Shown: positions 56,001 to 63,880 of the stretch, piece after piece
Numbering within the stretch: position 1 is the stretch's first letter
How the letters are laid out: each line of letters starts with the position of its first letter
Source: a bacterium
GTDB taxonomy: Bacteria; Acidobacteriota; HRBIN11; JAKEFK01
Length of the DNA: 64,000 nt
Direction: 5' to 3'
Assembly (NCBI GenBank): GCA_022616075.1
Contig: JAKEFK010000374.1
Location: 8,560 to 72,559 of the forward strand
Position numbers and translations under genes: made by a program
The notes under the pieces: model-generated
What the model was told of the DNA's origin: nothing
The model's input: the letters and a program-made list of their open reading frames with translations, nothing else
Database searches by the model: none

Positions 56001-57101
56001 GATTCGAACGTACTTTCCACTTAGAGTTGTCGTTACATTCCCGCTGGTATATTCAAAAACACCCGCACTGTTCGCGAAATTATTCGGAGATGCGAGTCCG
56101 GTATTTGCCCAGGGCATGGGGAAATTGGATTGCATAACTCCGCAGAATTCATTCGAAGGACAAACTTCGGTGCTCGTTAAAGGATAAACGCCACCCTGGA
56201 TCTCTTCCTTCACATATTGATTCGCATCCTGAAACGAAATCAGCTCTTCTGTTTCGGCATCCACCATGACTTCCCATTGAGCCAGATCAGGATCGCGAGA
56301 AAAACCGTACGTCCAGACCAAACGGTGGCGGTAACCCTTCCCAACAGGACCATTGAAGGATTCGCCGGACTGATATTCCGCCGGCGCATAAGGAATGATT
56401 TCAAGCGTTGCATCTTTCCAGAATTTATCGCGGTGCGATTTTCCATCTACATGCGCAAAACCTTTTTCAATTGCTTTTTCCTTCGGGACTTTTGCGACCG
56501 TATCCATGCGCACATCGCCCCAGCTCTCCGTTCCTATTAGGATCAGGTTGCCGTGACTGATCGTAGCGACAATCCTTCCATATCGCACAGGGATTCCTCT
56601 CACCTGCTGCGGAATGCTCACCTGCCACAAAGTTTCTGCGACCTGTGTAGCTTGAACCTTACTCATCTGACGAACATCCAGACCAAGAGTTTTGTGATTC
56701 TCATGAATGAATTGTTTAAGTACATCCGCCACAACGGCAGCATCGATCTGCTGCACGTTCCGCCCTATTTTGCGCGCAACATCTTCCATTGTCACTCTGT
56801 TATCGACTCCATCACCAGGGATCAAAGGAATGTGACCCATGATGTTTGTGGGAGTTGCAGACCGCGGATCGACATATACTCGAAAATGGGACCCGTACTT
56901 CGCAAAGAAGCGATCCCACTCTTGACGATTCGGCAACTGCAGAATCACGTTTTCCAGTTCGGCATTTGCGGAACTGATCGAGAGATCCTTTTTAAAGAAA
57001 GCTTTGTGTTCCAGTCCCTGGTTTTGTTTGTCCGGCTGAAACGCCCAGCTCGTGGAAAGGAACAGCACAAAAAGAAACAGAGCGGAAAGTTTTGCGCGCA
57101 T
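53058..57101 (-). CDS. Giant secreted zinc metalloprotease with FN3/Ig-like modules and two tandem copies of a roughly 190-aa Cys-rich C-terminal domain
   Basis: Signal peptide MRAKLSALFLFVLFLSTSWA (start trimmed from 57179). HEWGHGMDDND (HExxH). The duplicated domain is QAPxCxG…CDTGAxIINGR…TINDSCxDGTSGTYH…SYNDRDDLVF. Confidence 0.75.
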   Translation of the reverse strand: MRAKLSALFLFVLFLSTSWAFQPDKQNQGLEHKAFFKKDLSISSANAELENVILQLPNRQEWDRFFAKYGSHFRVYVDPRSATPTNIMGHIPLIPGDGVDNRVTMEDVARKIGRNVQQIDAAVVADVLKQFIHENHKTLGLDVRQMSKVQATQVAETLWQVSIPQQVRGIPVRYGRIVATISHGNLILIGTESWGDVRMDTVAKVPKEKAIEKGFAHVDGKSHRDKFWKDATLEIIPYAPAEYQSGESFNGPVGKGYRHRLVWTYGFSRDPDLAQWEVMVDAETEELISFQDANQYVKEEIQGGVYPLTSTEVCPSNEFCGVMQSNFPMPWANTGLASPNNFANSAGVFEYTSGNVTTTLSGKYVRISDACGSISYSQAGGLNLGGTNGQHDCTTPGFGGAGNTASARSAFYEVNKIAEQARGWLPTNTWLQAQLTANVNINQTCNGFWNGSTINFYRSGGGCRNTGELAGVFDHEWGHGMDDNDAAGVLSSSSEAYADIAAIYRYQASCVGHGFFWTADDGCGQTADGTGFNANESITGTHCDTNCSGVRDADWAKHNPNTPDTPQNFVCGQCSSGTGPCGRQVHCSAAPVRQAAWDLVTRDLTAAPFTYNSNTAFMIGNKIFYQGSGNVGTWHACDCTAGTSNGCGSSNGYMQWLAADDDNGNVNDGTPHMTAIYAAFNRHNIACSTPTPVNSGCSSGPTSAPTVTPTPGDHSVALSWTAVAGASKYWVLRTEGHAGCNYGKVLIASPTGTSYTDTQVVNGRTYYYNVVAVGSTAGDKCYGPAQSSCASATPAGGCTLPGTPSLVSPVNNATNVSTTPALDWSDVSGATSYDIQVCSDSSCATVVRSQNVTSSTWTVSPALSNSTVYYWRARANNSCGAGSYSSIFSFTTASGGGGCTPAAAAFDGTLQAPRCNGTTSCGCDTGASIINGRDTMSGGAETNQPNTINDSCADGTSGTYHNDESLDRLSVSTNDGTALAGGKTVTISATAWCWGTADSLDLYYTSNAASPSWTLIGTQACTAGGVSRTFTASYTLPSTGTLQAIRAQFRYQSTNASCSSGSYNDRDDLVFAVNQAADTTPPTTSITAPTSGTTVSGTGVTVSANASDNVGVTKVEFYLDGTTLLGTDTTSPYSISWNTTTTSNGAHNLTSKAFDAANNSTTSTAVNVTVNNVAAGDLIATFNATYQAPACPSGGKSCDTGATLINGRGTMTNGNETNRPNTINDSCIDGNSGTYHVDESIDRMKIATNDGTAFASGKAVTITFTVYCYSTADRIDVYRTATAATPSWTLIGTQQCSAAGVRTFTASYTLPAGANQAVRGNFRYQGTASSCTSGSYNDRDDLVFGVQ

Positions 57102-57451
57102 GAAAGACCCTCCTCTAGGTTTTATCGTCATGTGTTCAAAAAAAGTTGCGGGGAGCGGAACGAAATTGCATACGACCAAGACTTCGTTTCACCGTTCCCT
57201 CCGTCCACACATTGTTTTGCCGATTGCTTTGCATCATCGGTGCCAAACTCTTTCCCTCGATTCAACTCATTGAATCCACAGGGGTTATCTTGATCGCCCG
57301 GCACTGCCCTTCTCGAGCATGGTGGAATCGATTGTTGCGGTCGCACCCATCCAAATCATCTACTCTCTCGAGGACAAAGGAGGGAATGGTTTCGTCGTTG
57401 GCGGCAGGAAACAATTGTTGGCAGTTTCCTTTGTAGCGATTGGAATTTCAG

Positions 57452-57480
57452 TTGCCTTCCACACTCGACTCCATTAAACT
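57452..57480 (+). promoter_or_regulatory. Sigma70-like promoter candidate (TTGCCT-N17-TAAACT) for the DsbA-like gene
   Basis: Hexamers and spacing read directly. About 70 nt upstream of the ATG, which has an AAGGA Shine-Dalgarno. Confidence 0.3.
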
Positions 57481-57548
57481 TTCAGATTCACAAAATCGCG
57501 TGTCGATTCGGTTAGACTAGAAGTTCAAAATTCTAAAAGGATAAAAGA

Positions 57549-58436
57549 ATGAAGTATCAAAAGTTGTACACACTTTTTCTGTTTCTTATTGTTTTCGCAT
57601 TTCAGCTTACGGCGTGCGCGCAGGACCAACCGAAAGCTGAAACAGCGGCAAAGCCTTCCATGACCCATGAACAAATCGCGACCTACATTCGCAAAGCTTT
57701 TAATGTGCCTGCCAATGTGACCATTACCGTAAAGGAAAATGCCGAATCGAAAGCGATTCCCGGCACTTACGCAGTCAATGTGGAATTCAAAGGAGAGAGA
57801 GGCAGCCAGACTCAAGAAGCGTGGATCACAAAAGAGAACATGCTTGTTATCGGACGCGTAATGGACATGTCGGTTGATCCGTACAAAAAGAACCAGGAAA
57901 AAATTGTATTGGGAACAAATGTTCCGGTAACAGGCGCGCAGGACGCAAAAGTCACCATCGTTGAATATTCCGATTTCCAGTGCCCTTATTGCAGCAATGC
58001 GCACGTAACGGTGAAGGATATGCTGAAACAATATGAGGGGAAAGTGAAGGTCGCTTACAAGCATCTTCCTCTAACCAACATTCACAATTGGGCCGAAGAA
58101 GCTGCCATTGCTTCAGTATGCGTTCACAAACAGAAACCGGAGACATTCTGGAAACTTTCCGATTATTACTTTACAAATCAGAAAACGATTACCAAAGAAA
58201 CCCTCGGCGCCAAACTGCAAGAATTTTCGACGCAGGAAGGCTTGAATCATGAAGAGCTAAAAAAATGCATGGCGGATCCTGTGTCCAAACAGCAAGTGAC
58301 CGCCGATACGACAGAAGCTGGAAGTCTTGGTTTGAGCTCTACACCTTCTTTCTTTGTAAACGGCCGAATGGTAGTCGGAGCGATTCCAGCGGATCAGTTC
58401 AAGCAAATCATTGATGAGGCCTTAACGACCCAGTAA
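57549..58436 (+). CDS. DsbA-family thiol:disulfide oxidoreductase lipoprotein
   Basis: Lipobox LTAC. CPYC active site. Confidence 0.8.
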   Translation: MKYQKLYTLFLFLIVFAFQLTACAQDQPKAETAAKPSMTHEQIATYIRKAFNVPANVTITVKENAESKAIPGTYAVNVEFKGERGSQTQEAWITKENMLVIGRVMDMSVDPYKKNQEKIVLGTNVPVTGAQDAKVTIVEYSDFQCPYCSNAHVTVKDMLKQYEGKVKVAYKHLPLTNIHNWAEEAAIASVCVHKQKPETFWKLSDYYFTNQKTITKETLGAKLQEFSTQEGLNHEELKKCMADPVSKQQVTADTTEAGSLGLSSTPSFFVNGRMVVGAIPADQFKQIIDEALTTQ

Positions 58437-58443
58437 AGGTCAC

Positions 58444-59346
58444 ATGTCAAGTTCCGATCTGCCGCTTCCCCCTCCCCAAAAAGGAGGGGGAGAGGGGCGG
58501 GATATTCCTGTTTTAAGAAACGCTCTTATTCTCACCTCTCTCTTTTTCGTTGTTGAAGCCATTGCAGGATTTGTTACAAACAGTCTCTCCCTGCTTTCGG
58601 ATGCCGGCCACATGCTTTCGGATATTCTTGCGTTGCTTGTCTGTTTGTATGCCGCAAACATGGCACGACGCGCTCCAACTGCCGAAAAAAGTTATGGCTA
58701 TTACCGCACAGAGGTATTAGCAGCTCTATTTAATGGTCTGGTTCTTTTCTTAATGATCGGATTCATTTACTACGAAGCGATGTTCAGGATTTTTCAACCT
58801 GTGGCGGTCAGCAGCGCTGGGGTGATCGCGGTCGGTGGAGCAGGCCTCGTTGTGAACCTGCTATCAGCCTGGATGCTTCACGGACACGATGATTTGAATG
58901 TGAGAGGCGCCTACTATCACGTAATCATGGACGCGCTCAGCTCGCTCGGCGCATTGATCGCAGGAATCCTGATCTATGTGACCGGCTGGCCGGTGTTTGA
59001 TCCGTTGTTGAGTTTCCTGATCGGCGCTCTCGTGCTTTTCAGCGCATGGTCTCTGATCCGCGACTCTATCAATATCTTAATGGAAGCAGTCCCGAAGCAT
59101 CTGAATCTAACGCGCATCCGGGAAGAGGTAAAAAGGTTGAATGGTGTTCAGAATATTCATGATTTGCACATCTGGAGCATCGGTTCGAAAGAGCATGCAG
59201 TTTCAGCCCATCTGGTGGTCAATCCCGGTTGTGATCCCATTGATGTGCGCACTCGAGTGGAGGATCTTCTTCGCCGCGCTTTCCATTTGGAACACACCAC
59301 CCTGCAGGTGGAAGTGCAGGAGGATTGCATCGAACCGCACGAATGA
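58444..59346 (+). CDS. Cation diffusion facilitator (CzcD/ZitB-like) metal efflux transporter
   Basis: SLLSDAGHMLSDILAL (HxxxD). Six TM plus a C-terminal cytoplasmic domain with His/Asp. Confidence 0.8.
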   Translation: MSSSDLPLPPPQKGGGEGRDIPVLRNALILTSLFFVVEAIAGFVTNSLSLLSDAGHMLSDILALLVCLYAANMARRAPTAEKSYGYYRTEVLAALFNGLVLFLMIGFIYYEAMFRIFQPVAVSSAGVIAVGGAGLVVNLLSAWMLHGHDDLNVRGAYYHVIMDALSSLGALIAGILIYVTGWPVFDPLLSFLIGALVLFSAWSLIRDSINILMEAVPKHLNLTRIREEVKRLNGVQNIHDLHIWSIGSKEHAVSAHLVVNPGCDPIDVRTRVEDLLRRAFHLEHTTLQVEVQEDCIEPHE

Positions 59347-59351
59347 GCAAA

Positions 59352-59401
59352 GTAGCGCCGGCGTCCCGCCTGCGTAGTCGCAGACGAGACGTCCGCGCTA
59401 C
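59352..59401. repeat. REP-like palindrome family A
   Basis: GTAGCGCCGGCGTCCCGCCTGCG…CGCAGACGAGACGTCCGCGCTAC. Confidence 0.7.
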
Positions 59402-59405
59402 AGCG

Positions 59406-59633
59406 TTAAAAAAGCGTTGGGGTTGGATCCTTGCTGTGAGTTTTTTCGAAAAGCTTTTGCAGGATTAAAGATTTCCAGTAACCAGGATCATTTACTGTTG
59501 TTTCAATCTCAAAATCAGAGAACTTTCCGGAATGCTTCGCCAGTTTAACGACAAGCTCATCGATCGAATTTCCTTTGATGCGCATTGCCTGTTTTCTCTT
59601 CCGTTTTGTAACGAGACGCACCCGCCATTTCAT
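59406..59633 (-). CDS. Possible small basic protein (75 aa); uncertain
   Basis: ORF only. No motif. Sits in the promoter region of the plus-strand operon. Confidence 0.25.
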   Translation of the reverse strand: MKWRVRLVTKRKRKQAMRIKGNSIDELVVKLAKHSGKFSDFEIETTVNDPGYWKSLILQKLFEKTHSKDPTPTLF

Positions 59634-59687
59634 TGCCTTTCATCATAACATGCAATAAGATAACAGGAATCGAGAGGTCAGATTTTT

Positions 59688-60350
59688 ATGCGGCTTTTCT
59701 CTGTTTTTCTGTTCTTACTTTTCACAGTTCAAACACAGGCACACGATGTATCTGGCACCGTAGAAGTGCTGTTAAAAGGAGAAAAGAAGAAGACCGATCT
59801 TTCCTCAGTCATCATTTATCTGGATCCGGTTTCGCAATCGATTATTCCGGAAGAAGCATTGAAGAAGACCTTCACGATGTCCACAAAAAACAAGCAATTC
59901 GCACCACGCGCTCTTGCGGTTCCCGTTGGGGCAAAGGTCCAGTTTCCCAATTTTGATTCGATTTTTCACAACATCTTTTCTGTTTCCTCACCCAATCAGT
60001 TCGACCTTGGGCTTTATAAGGGAGGCGGCAGCAAGACTCAATCCTTTCAGAAACCGGGAGTCGTAAAAGTATTCTGCAATGTGCATCCGCAAATGTCCGC
60101 TACCATCGTTGTCAGCGCGTCGCCCTATTACACCATCGCGGATCAAGCCGGCAACTTCATGCTTGGCGACATCCCGAATGGAAGTTTTCAGCTACGCGCC
60201 TTCGCCGAGGAAGGACAGACCGTGAAAAAGATCGACGTAGGAGAGAAAGCTTTGCAGGTCCTCTTGACGATTGACGGCAGGACTTTCAAAAAATTGCGGC
60301 ACAAAAACAAATTCGGAAAGGATTATTCCTCTACTGATGAACGCTATTAG
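59688..60350 (+). CDS. Secreted cupredoxin-like plus carboxypeptidase-regulatory-like domain protein (putative Cu-binding)
   Basis: Signal peptide. FCNVHPQM (C-x2-H-x2-M type-1-copper-like ligands) with an upstream His. 14-nt overlap with the downstream kinase gene. Confidence 0.55.
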   Translation: MRLFSVFLFLLFTVQTQAHDVSGTVEVLLKGEKKKTDLSSVIIYLDPVSQSIIPEEALKKTFTMSTKNKQFAPRALAVPVGAKVQFPNFDSIFHNIFSVSSPNQFDLGLYKGGGSKTQSFQKPGVVKVFCNVHPQMSATIVVSASPYYTIADQAGNFMLGDIPNGSFQLRAFAEEGQTVKKIDVGEKALQVLLTIDGRTFKKLRHKNKFGKDYSSTDERY

Positions 60351-62370
60351 TAACAGGCGCGGCCTGAGTCTCAATATAAAATTTTTCCTGCTGACAGCGC
60401 TGATCATTGTTCTGCTCATCGCTGTCACCATTCTGTTCAGCTCGCGCAGAGCCACCGCGCTGGCTCATGAGACCATTCGCTCTGATTTGAAACAAACACT
60501 CTCCGTGTTTGAAACGTTTCAAAAAGACCGTTACGAAAAGTTAAAGATTGCCAACAAAATCATTGCTCAGAATCCTTACATCCAGGCGTACATTCAAGAA
60601 TCGGATTCCAATAGCATCCTGGATCTTGCCAAACAAACCGAAGAGACGATCCGAAGCGATTTCGTGCTCCTGACAGACGCGGACGGAATTGTTTTGGCGC
60701 GCACTGATAAACCGGGAGCAACCGGCCAGAACTTCGCCGATGTGCCTCTCGTTGCAGGAGCGCTGGATGGGGAAGAAGTCAACGGTTTAATGCTGGAGAA
60801 CCAGAATCTGTACCATGCAATTGCCGTTCCTGTCGTAACGCAGGACATTATTACTGCAGCTCTTGCTATCGGTTATTCGATCAACGACACGCTCGCTATT
60901 CAAATCAAAGAAATGACGCACTCGGAAACCGGTTTCTTCATTGAAAAAGATGGCGTATCGCTTATAGCCAGCACGATCACAAGCGAAAAAGAAGATTTGA
61001 CCCGATCTCTTACGAATGCCGGTAAACCGGATGAGCCCTTTCAATTTCAAATGGGCCCGGAAAAATACGTGGGAGTTTACAGGCCGCTGAAGAATCTTGA
61101 CGGCAAGATGCTGGGAAGATTTGTAGCTTTCCGTTCGCTGGATCGCGAGTTGTATGGTTTCCGGCAGTTTCAAAAGAACATTCTGATCGTGGGCCTGGGA
61201 ATGATGGTTCTGGCTTTCATTTTGAGTTTTCTGGGCTCGCGGCGGATCACCGGTCCGCTTCGCAATTTGACGGATGCGGTGAATGAAGTCAAAGAAGGAA
61301 ACTACGACGTCCCGATTGAAACAACGTCTCGCGATGAAGTGGGAATTCTTGCTGAGTCCTTTCGAAAGCTGCTGGCTCAGCTTAAAGAGAAACAGCAGCT
61401 CGTTGAGTATCTTTCGCAACAGCCGACTGTACCCGGAGCTCCCACGATTGGACCGGGGCAAGTATCTTCGAAACACCAAACAACATCACCATCACAATCC
61501 TCCGTTTCCATGAGCTCAATCGGACCCGGCTCGGTGATCGCCAACCGTTATGAAGTGCAATCGATCCTGGGGACCGGAGGAATGGGAGTCGTGTTGAAAG
61601 CCCTCGACCGGCAGCTCGATGAAGTGGTCGCCCTGAAACTTCTAAAAGGGGAAGTCTTTCAGCAGGATCCCGTCGCTCTGGACCGTTTCAAACAGGAATT
61701 AAAGCTGGCGCGCCGCATCACACACCGCAATGTTGTCCGGACGTTCGATTACAGTGAGCTGGATAATTACTACGTTATTAGTATGGAATATGTAAAAGGG
61801 ATTACTTTAAAACAGCTGATTCGCCAGCGAGGGATGCTTCCTGTCCGGATCGGACTGCAGATCGGCAAACAGATTTGCAGCGCGCTGGATGCAGCGCACG
61901 AGAGGGGAGTCGTTCACCGCGACATGAAACCTCAGAATGTGCTTCTGGAAAGCACGGGAGACGTGAAGATCATGGACTTTGGCATCGCGCGCGTGGCCGA
62001 TATGAAAGGTATGACCTCCACCGGAACAATCATGGGCACACCCGACTACATGTCCCCGGAACAGGCTCAGGGTCTGGATATGGATCAACGCACAGACGTC
62101 TATTCTACCGGAGTGGTTCTATTCGAAGTATTCACTGGAAGGCTTCCCTTTTCCGCTGATTCTGCGCTGGTAGTGTTAAACAAACACATCCGTGAAGCTC
62201 CGCCAAAACCCACCAGCTTCAATCCAGCCTTGCCTCCGGCGCTGGAACAAGTGCTCCTACGTTCACTCGAAAAAGATCCGGATCAGCGTTATCAGAAAAT
62301 CTCACTCTTATATGAAGACCTGGAAGCCGTCTCAGCAAAAATCTCCACCGCGCAAGAACGAATCGCGTAG
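60337..62370 (+). CDS. Receptor Ser/Thr protein kinase: periplasmic sensor domain, TM, HAMP, Hanks kinase
   Basis: Start trimmed to MNAISNRRG. HAMP block LRNLTDAVNEVKEGNYDV. GTGGMGVV, ALKLL, HRDMKPQN, DFGIA, SPE. Confidence 0.8.
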   Translation: MNAISNRRGLSLNIKFFLLTALIIVLLIAVTILFSSRRATALAHETIRSDLKQTLSVFETFQKDRYEKLKIANKIIAQNPYIQAYIQESDSNSILDLAKQTEETIRSDFVLLTDADGIVLARTDKPGATGQNFADVPLVAGALDGEEVNGLMLENQNLYHAIAVPVVTQDIITAALAIGYSINDTLAIQIKEMTHSETGFFIEKDGVSLIASTITSEKEDLTRSLTNAGKPDEPFQFQMGPEKYVGVYRPLKNLDGKMLGRFVAFRSLDRELYGFRQFQKNILIVGLGMMVLAFILSFLGSRRITGPLRNLTDAVNEVKEGNYDVPIETTSRDEVGILAESFRKLLAQLKEKQQLVEYLSQQPTVPGAPTIGPGQVSSKHQTTSPSQSSVSMSSIGPGSVIANRYEVQSILGTGGMGVVLKALDRQLDEVVALKLLKGEVFQQDPVALDRFKQELKLARRITHRNVVRTFDYSELDNYYVISMEYVKGITLKQLIRQRGMLPVRIGLQIGKQICSALDAAHERGVVHRDMKPQNVLLESTGDVKIMDFGIARVADMKGMTSTGTIMGTPDYMSPEQAQGLDMDQRTDVYSTGVVLFEVFTGRLPFSADSALVVLNKHIREAPPKPTSFNPALPPALEQVLLRSLEKDPDQRYQKISLLYEDLEAVSAKISTAQERIA

Positions 62371-62375
62371 GAAAA

Positions 62376-62435
62376 CCGCCAAGGCGCCAAAACGCCAAGA
62401 ATCACTCTAATTTGTTTCTTGGCGGCTTGGCGGTT
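62376..62435. repeat. CTTGG-pentamer palindrome family C (hairpin between convergent genes)
   Basis: ACCGCCAAGGCGCCAAAACGCCAAGAA … TTCTTGGCGGCTTGGCGGT. Encodes the AKPPRNKLE tail of the Smr protein. Confidence 0.7.
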
Positions 62436-62686
62436 AAAATGACTGCGGTGGAGCCCCAATTGGGTCCTTCTTCAAAAGATTCGACATAATCGGATTTCGC
62501 CAGTATAGACCTGACCATCTCTCGCTGAACGCCGATTCCTTTCCCATGAATAATCCGGACAAAACGGAATCCTTTCTCAACGCACTGGAACAGATACTCT
62601 TCCACAACCGTCTTTACATCCCGCGGAGCAAACGGATGTAGATCAAGAACATCCGTGATCGGAATCTCTTCCATCAATCCACGCAA
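62402..62686 (-). CDS. Stand-alone Smr-domain protein
   Basis: LDLHPF…IIHGKGIGV (Smr LDLHG/GKG blocks). Confidence 0.65.
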   Translation of the reverse strand: MRGLMEEIPITDVLDLHPFAPRDVKTVVEEYLFQCVEKGFRFVRIIHGKGIGVQREMVRSILAKSDYVESFEEGPNWGSTAVILTAKPPRNKLE

Positions 62687-63363
62687 GGCGCAGTAAGGCT
62701 GGAGGTTTGATCCACAACTTCGGCTTTCACAAAATCAAAAACGATGAAGTGATAACCACGTGGGCGATAGGAAGGAACGGTCAACGCATCGAAATCATAC
62801 GTGCCGCTTTGTAAGAATTTTTTGGTGAAGTAGTAGCGCGCAACAAGCTGATGCGATGGATATTCGGTCATGTAGGCGGCGGTGTCAGCCACTTGAAGCG
62901 AACAGGTTAGCGGTTTCTCAGGGTCCCTGGTGCGGACTTGCAGCTCAACCGTTTCCGAATCAATGACAGGGAGTTTGCGATCAAACGTCAGCAAATAGTT
63001 CGAACCGGTACTGGGCTCCTTGGGAACCAACAAAAAGATCACCCGCCCGCCGGCTTGATCCGGATAAACATTCACGAACAGCGTCTTTTGCTCTGTAGTA
63101 AAAATCACGCCCTGATAACTTTTATCCAGTTTCTGCAGCGCGGCGTTGTCCAGTTTTTTTACCGCGGCGGCGTAAGTGCTCATGTCTTGAAGTATGTGGG
63201 CAACCGTTTCGTATGTGACAGGTTGCGGCGTAGTTGATGTAAAGGAAGGATTCGCAGGCGGTTGTTCCTGATTCTCTTTTTGACCACCACAAGCAATGAA
63301 CAAAGCGGATAAAAGGACGACGCAACATAGCGTAAACCCGCTGACTTTCATATTTGCCCTCAA
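62674..63363 (-). CDS. Lipoprotein of unknown function
   Basis: Lipobox LFIACGG. No motif recognised. Confidence 0.5.
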   Translation of the reverse strand: MRANMKVSGFTLCCVVLLSALFIACGGQKENQEQPPANPSFTSTTPQPVTYETVAHILQDMSTYAAAVKKLDNAALQKLDKSYQGVIFTTEQKTLFVNVYPDQAGGRVIFLLVPKEPSTGSNYLLTFDRKLPVIDSETVELQVRTRDPEKPLTCSLQVADTAAYMTEYPSHQLVARYYFTKKFLQSGTYDFDALTVPSYRPRGYHFIVFDFVKAEVVDQTSSLTAPCVD

Positions 63364-63413
63364 TTCCGTTCCTACTATAATCTAATCTCGATAAGGAGAA
63401 AAGGATAAACAAA

Positions 63414-63474
63414 GTAGCGCGGGCGTCCCGCCTGCGAGCTGCGCAGACGAGACGTCCGCGCTACTTCAGCAACG
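63414..63474. repeat. REP-like palindrome family A (in divergent promoter region)
   Basis: GTAGCGCGGGCGTCCCGCCTGCG…CGCAGACGAGACGTCCGCGCTAC. Confidence 0.7.
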
Positions 63475-63489
63475 ACAAAAGGAACCGAA

Positions 63490-63876
63490 GTGGCAGACTA
63501 TACAGAAGATCACGCAAAGTCAGGCATTGATGCCGCTCTGCCTGCCATCGAGTGCTGGCCGAACCAGTATGCGGGTTATCAGATCAACATCACCATCCCT
63601 GAATACACTGCGGTTTGCCCGAAGACGGGTTTGCCCGATTTCGGAACAATCATCATTGAATATGAACCGGACAAACTTTGTTTGGAATTAAAGTCACTGA
63701 AGAACTATATCAATTCTTACCGCACGCTCGGCATCTTCTACGAAAATGCTGTGAACCGCATTTTGCGAGATCTGGTTGAAGCATGCCAGCCGAAGCGGGC
63801 CGTGGTCCGCGGCGAGTTTAACGTCCGTGGTGGAATGAAAAGTGTGATTGAAGCGAGGCATCCGGCCCGGAGCTGA
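63490..63876 (+). CDS. queF: NADPH-dependent 7-cyano-7-deazaguanine (preQ0) reductase, type I QueF
   Basis: EYTAVCPKTGLPDFG (catalytic Cys) and the ELKSLKNY…SYR block. GTG start with an AAGGA Shine-Dalgarno. Confidence 0.85.
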   Translation: MADYTEDHAKSGIDAALPAIECWPNQYAGYQINITIPEYTAVCPKTGLPDFGTIIIEYEPDKLCLELKSLKNYINSYRTLGIFYENAVNRILRDLVEACQPKRAVVRGEFNVRGGMKSVIEARHPARS

Positions 63877-63880
63877 ACAA

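Noticed and set aside
12815-63474. Possibility that the recurring palindromes form a CRISPR array
   Set aside because: Copies are tens of kb apart, not regularly spaced, and palindromic within themselves rather than repeat-spacer-repeat. No cas genes.
63364-63489. preQ1 riboswitch upstream of queF
   Set aside because: The leader is occupied by a family-A REP palindrome and a Shine-Dalgarno. No recognisable preQ1 aptamer shape. Type I queF genes are not usually riboswitch-controlled.
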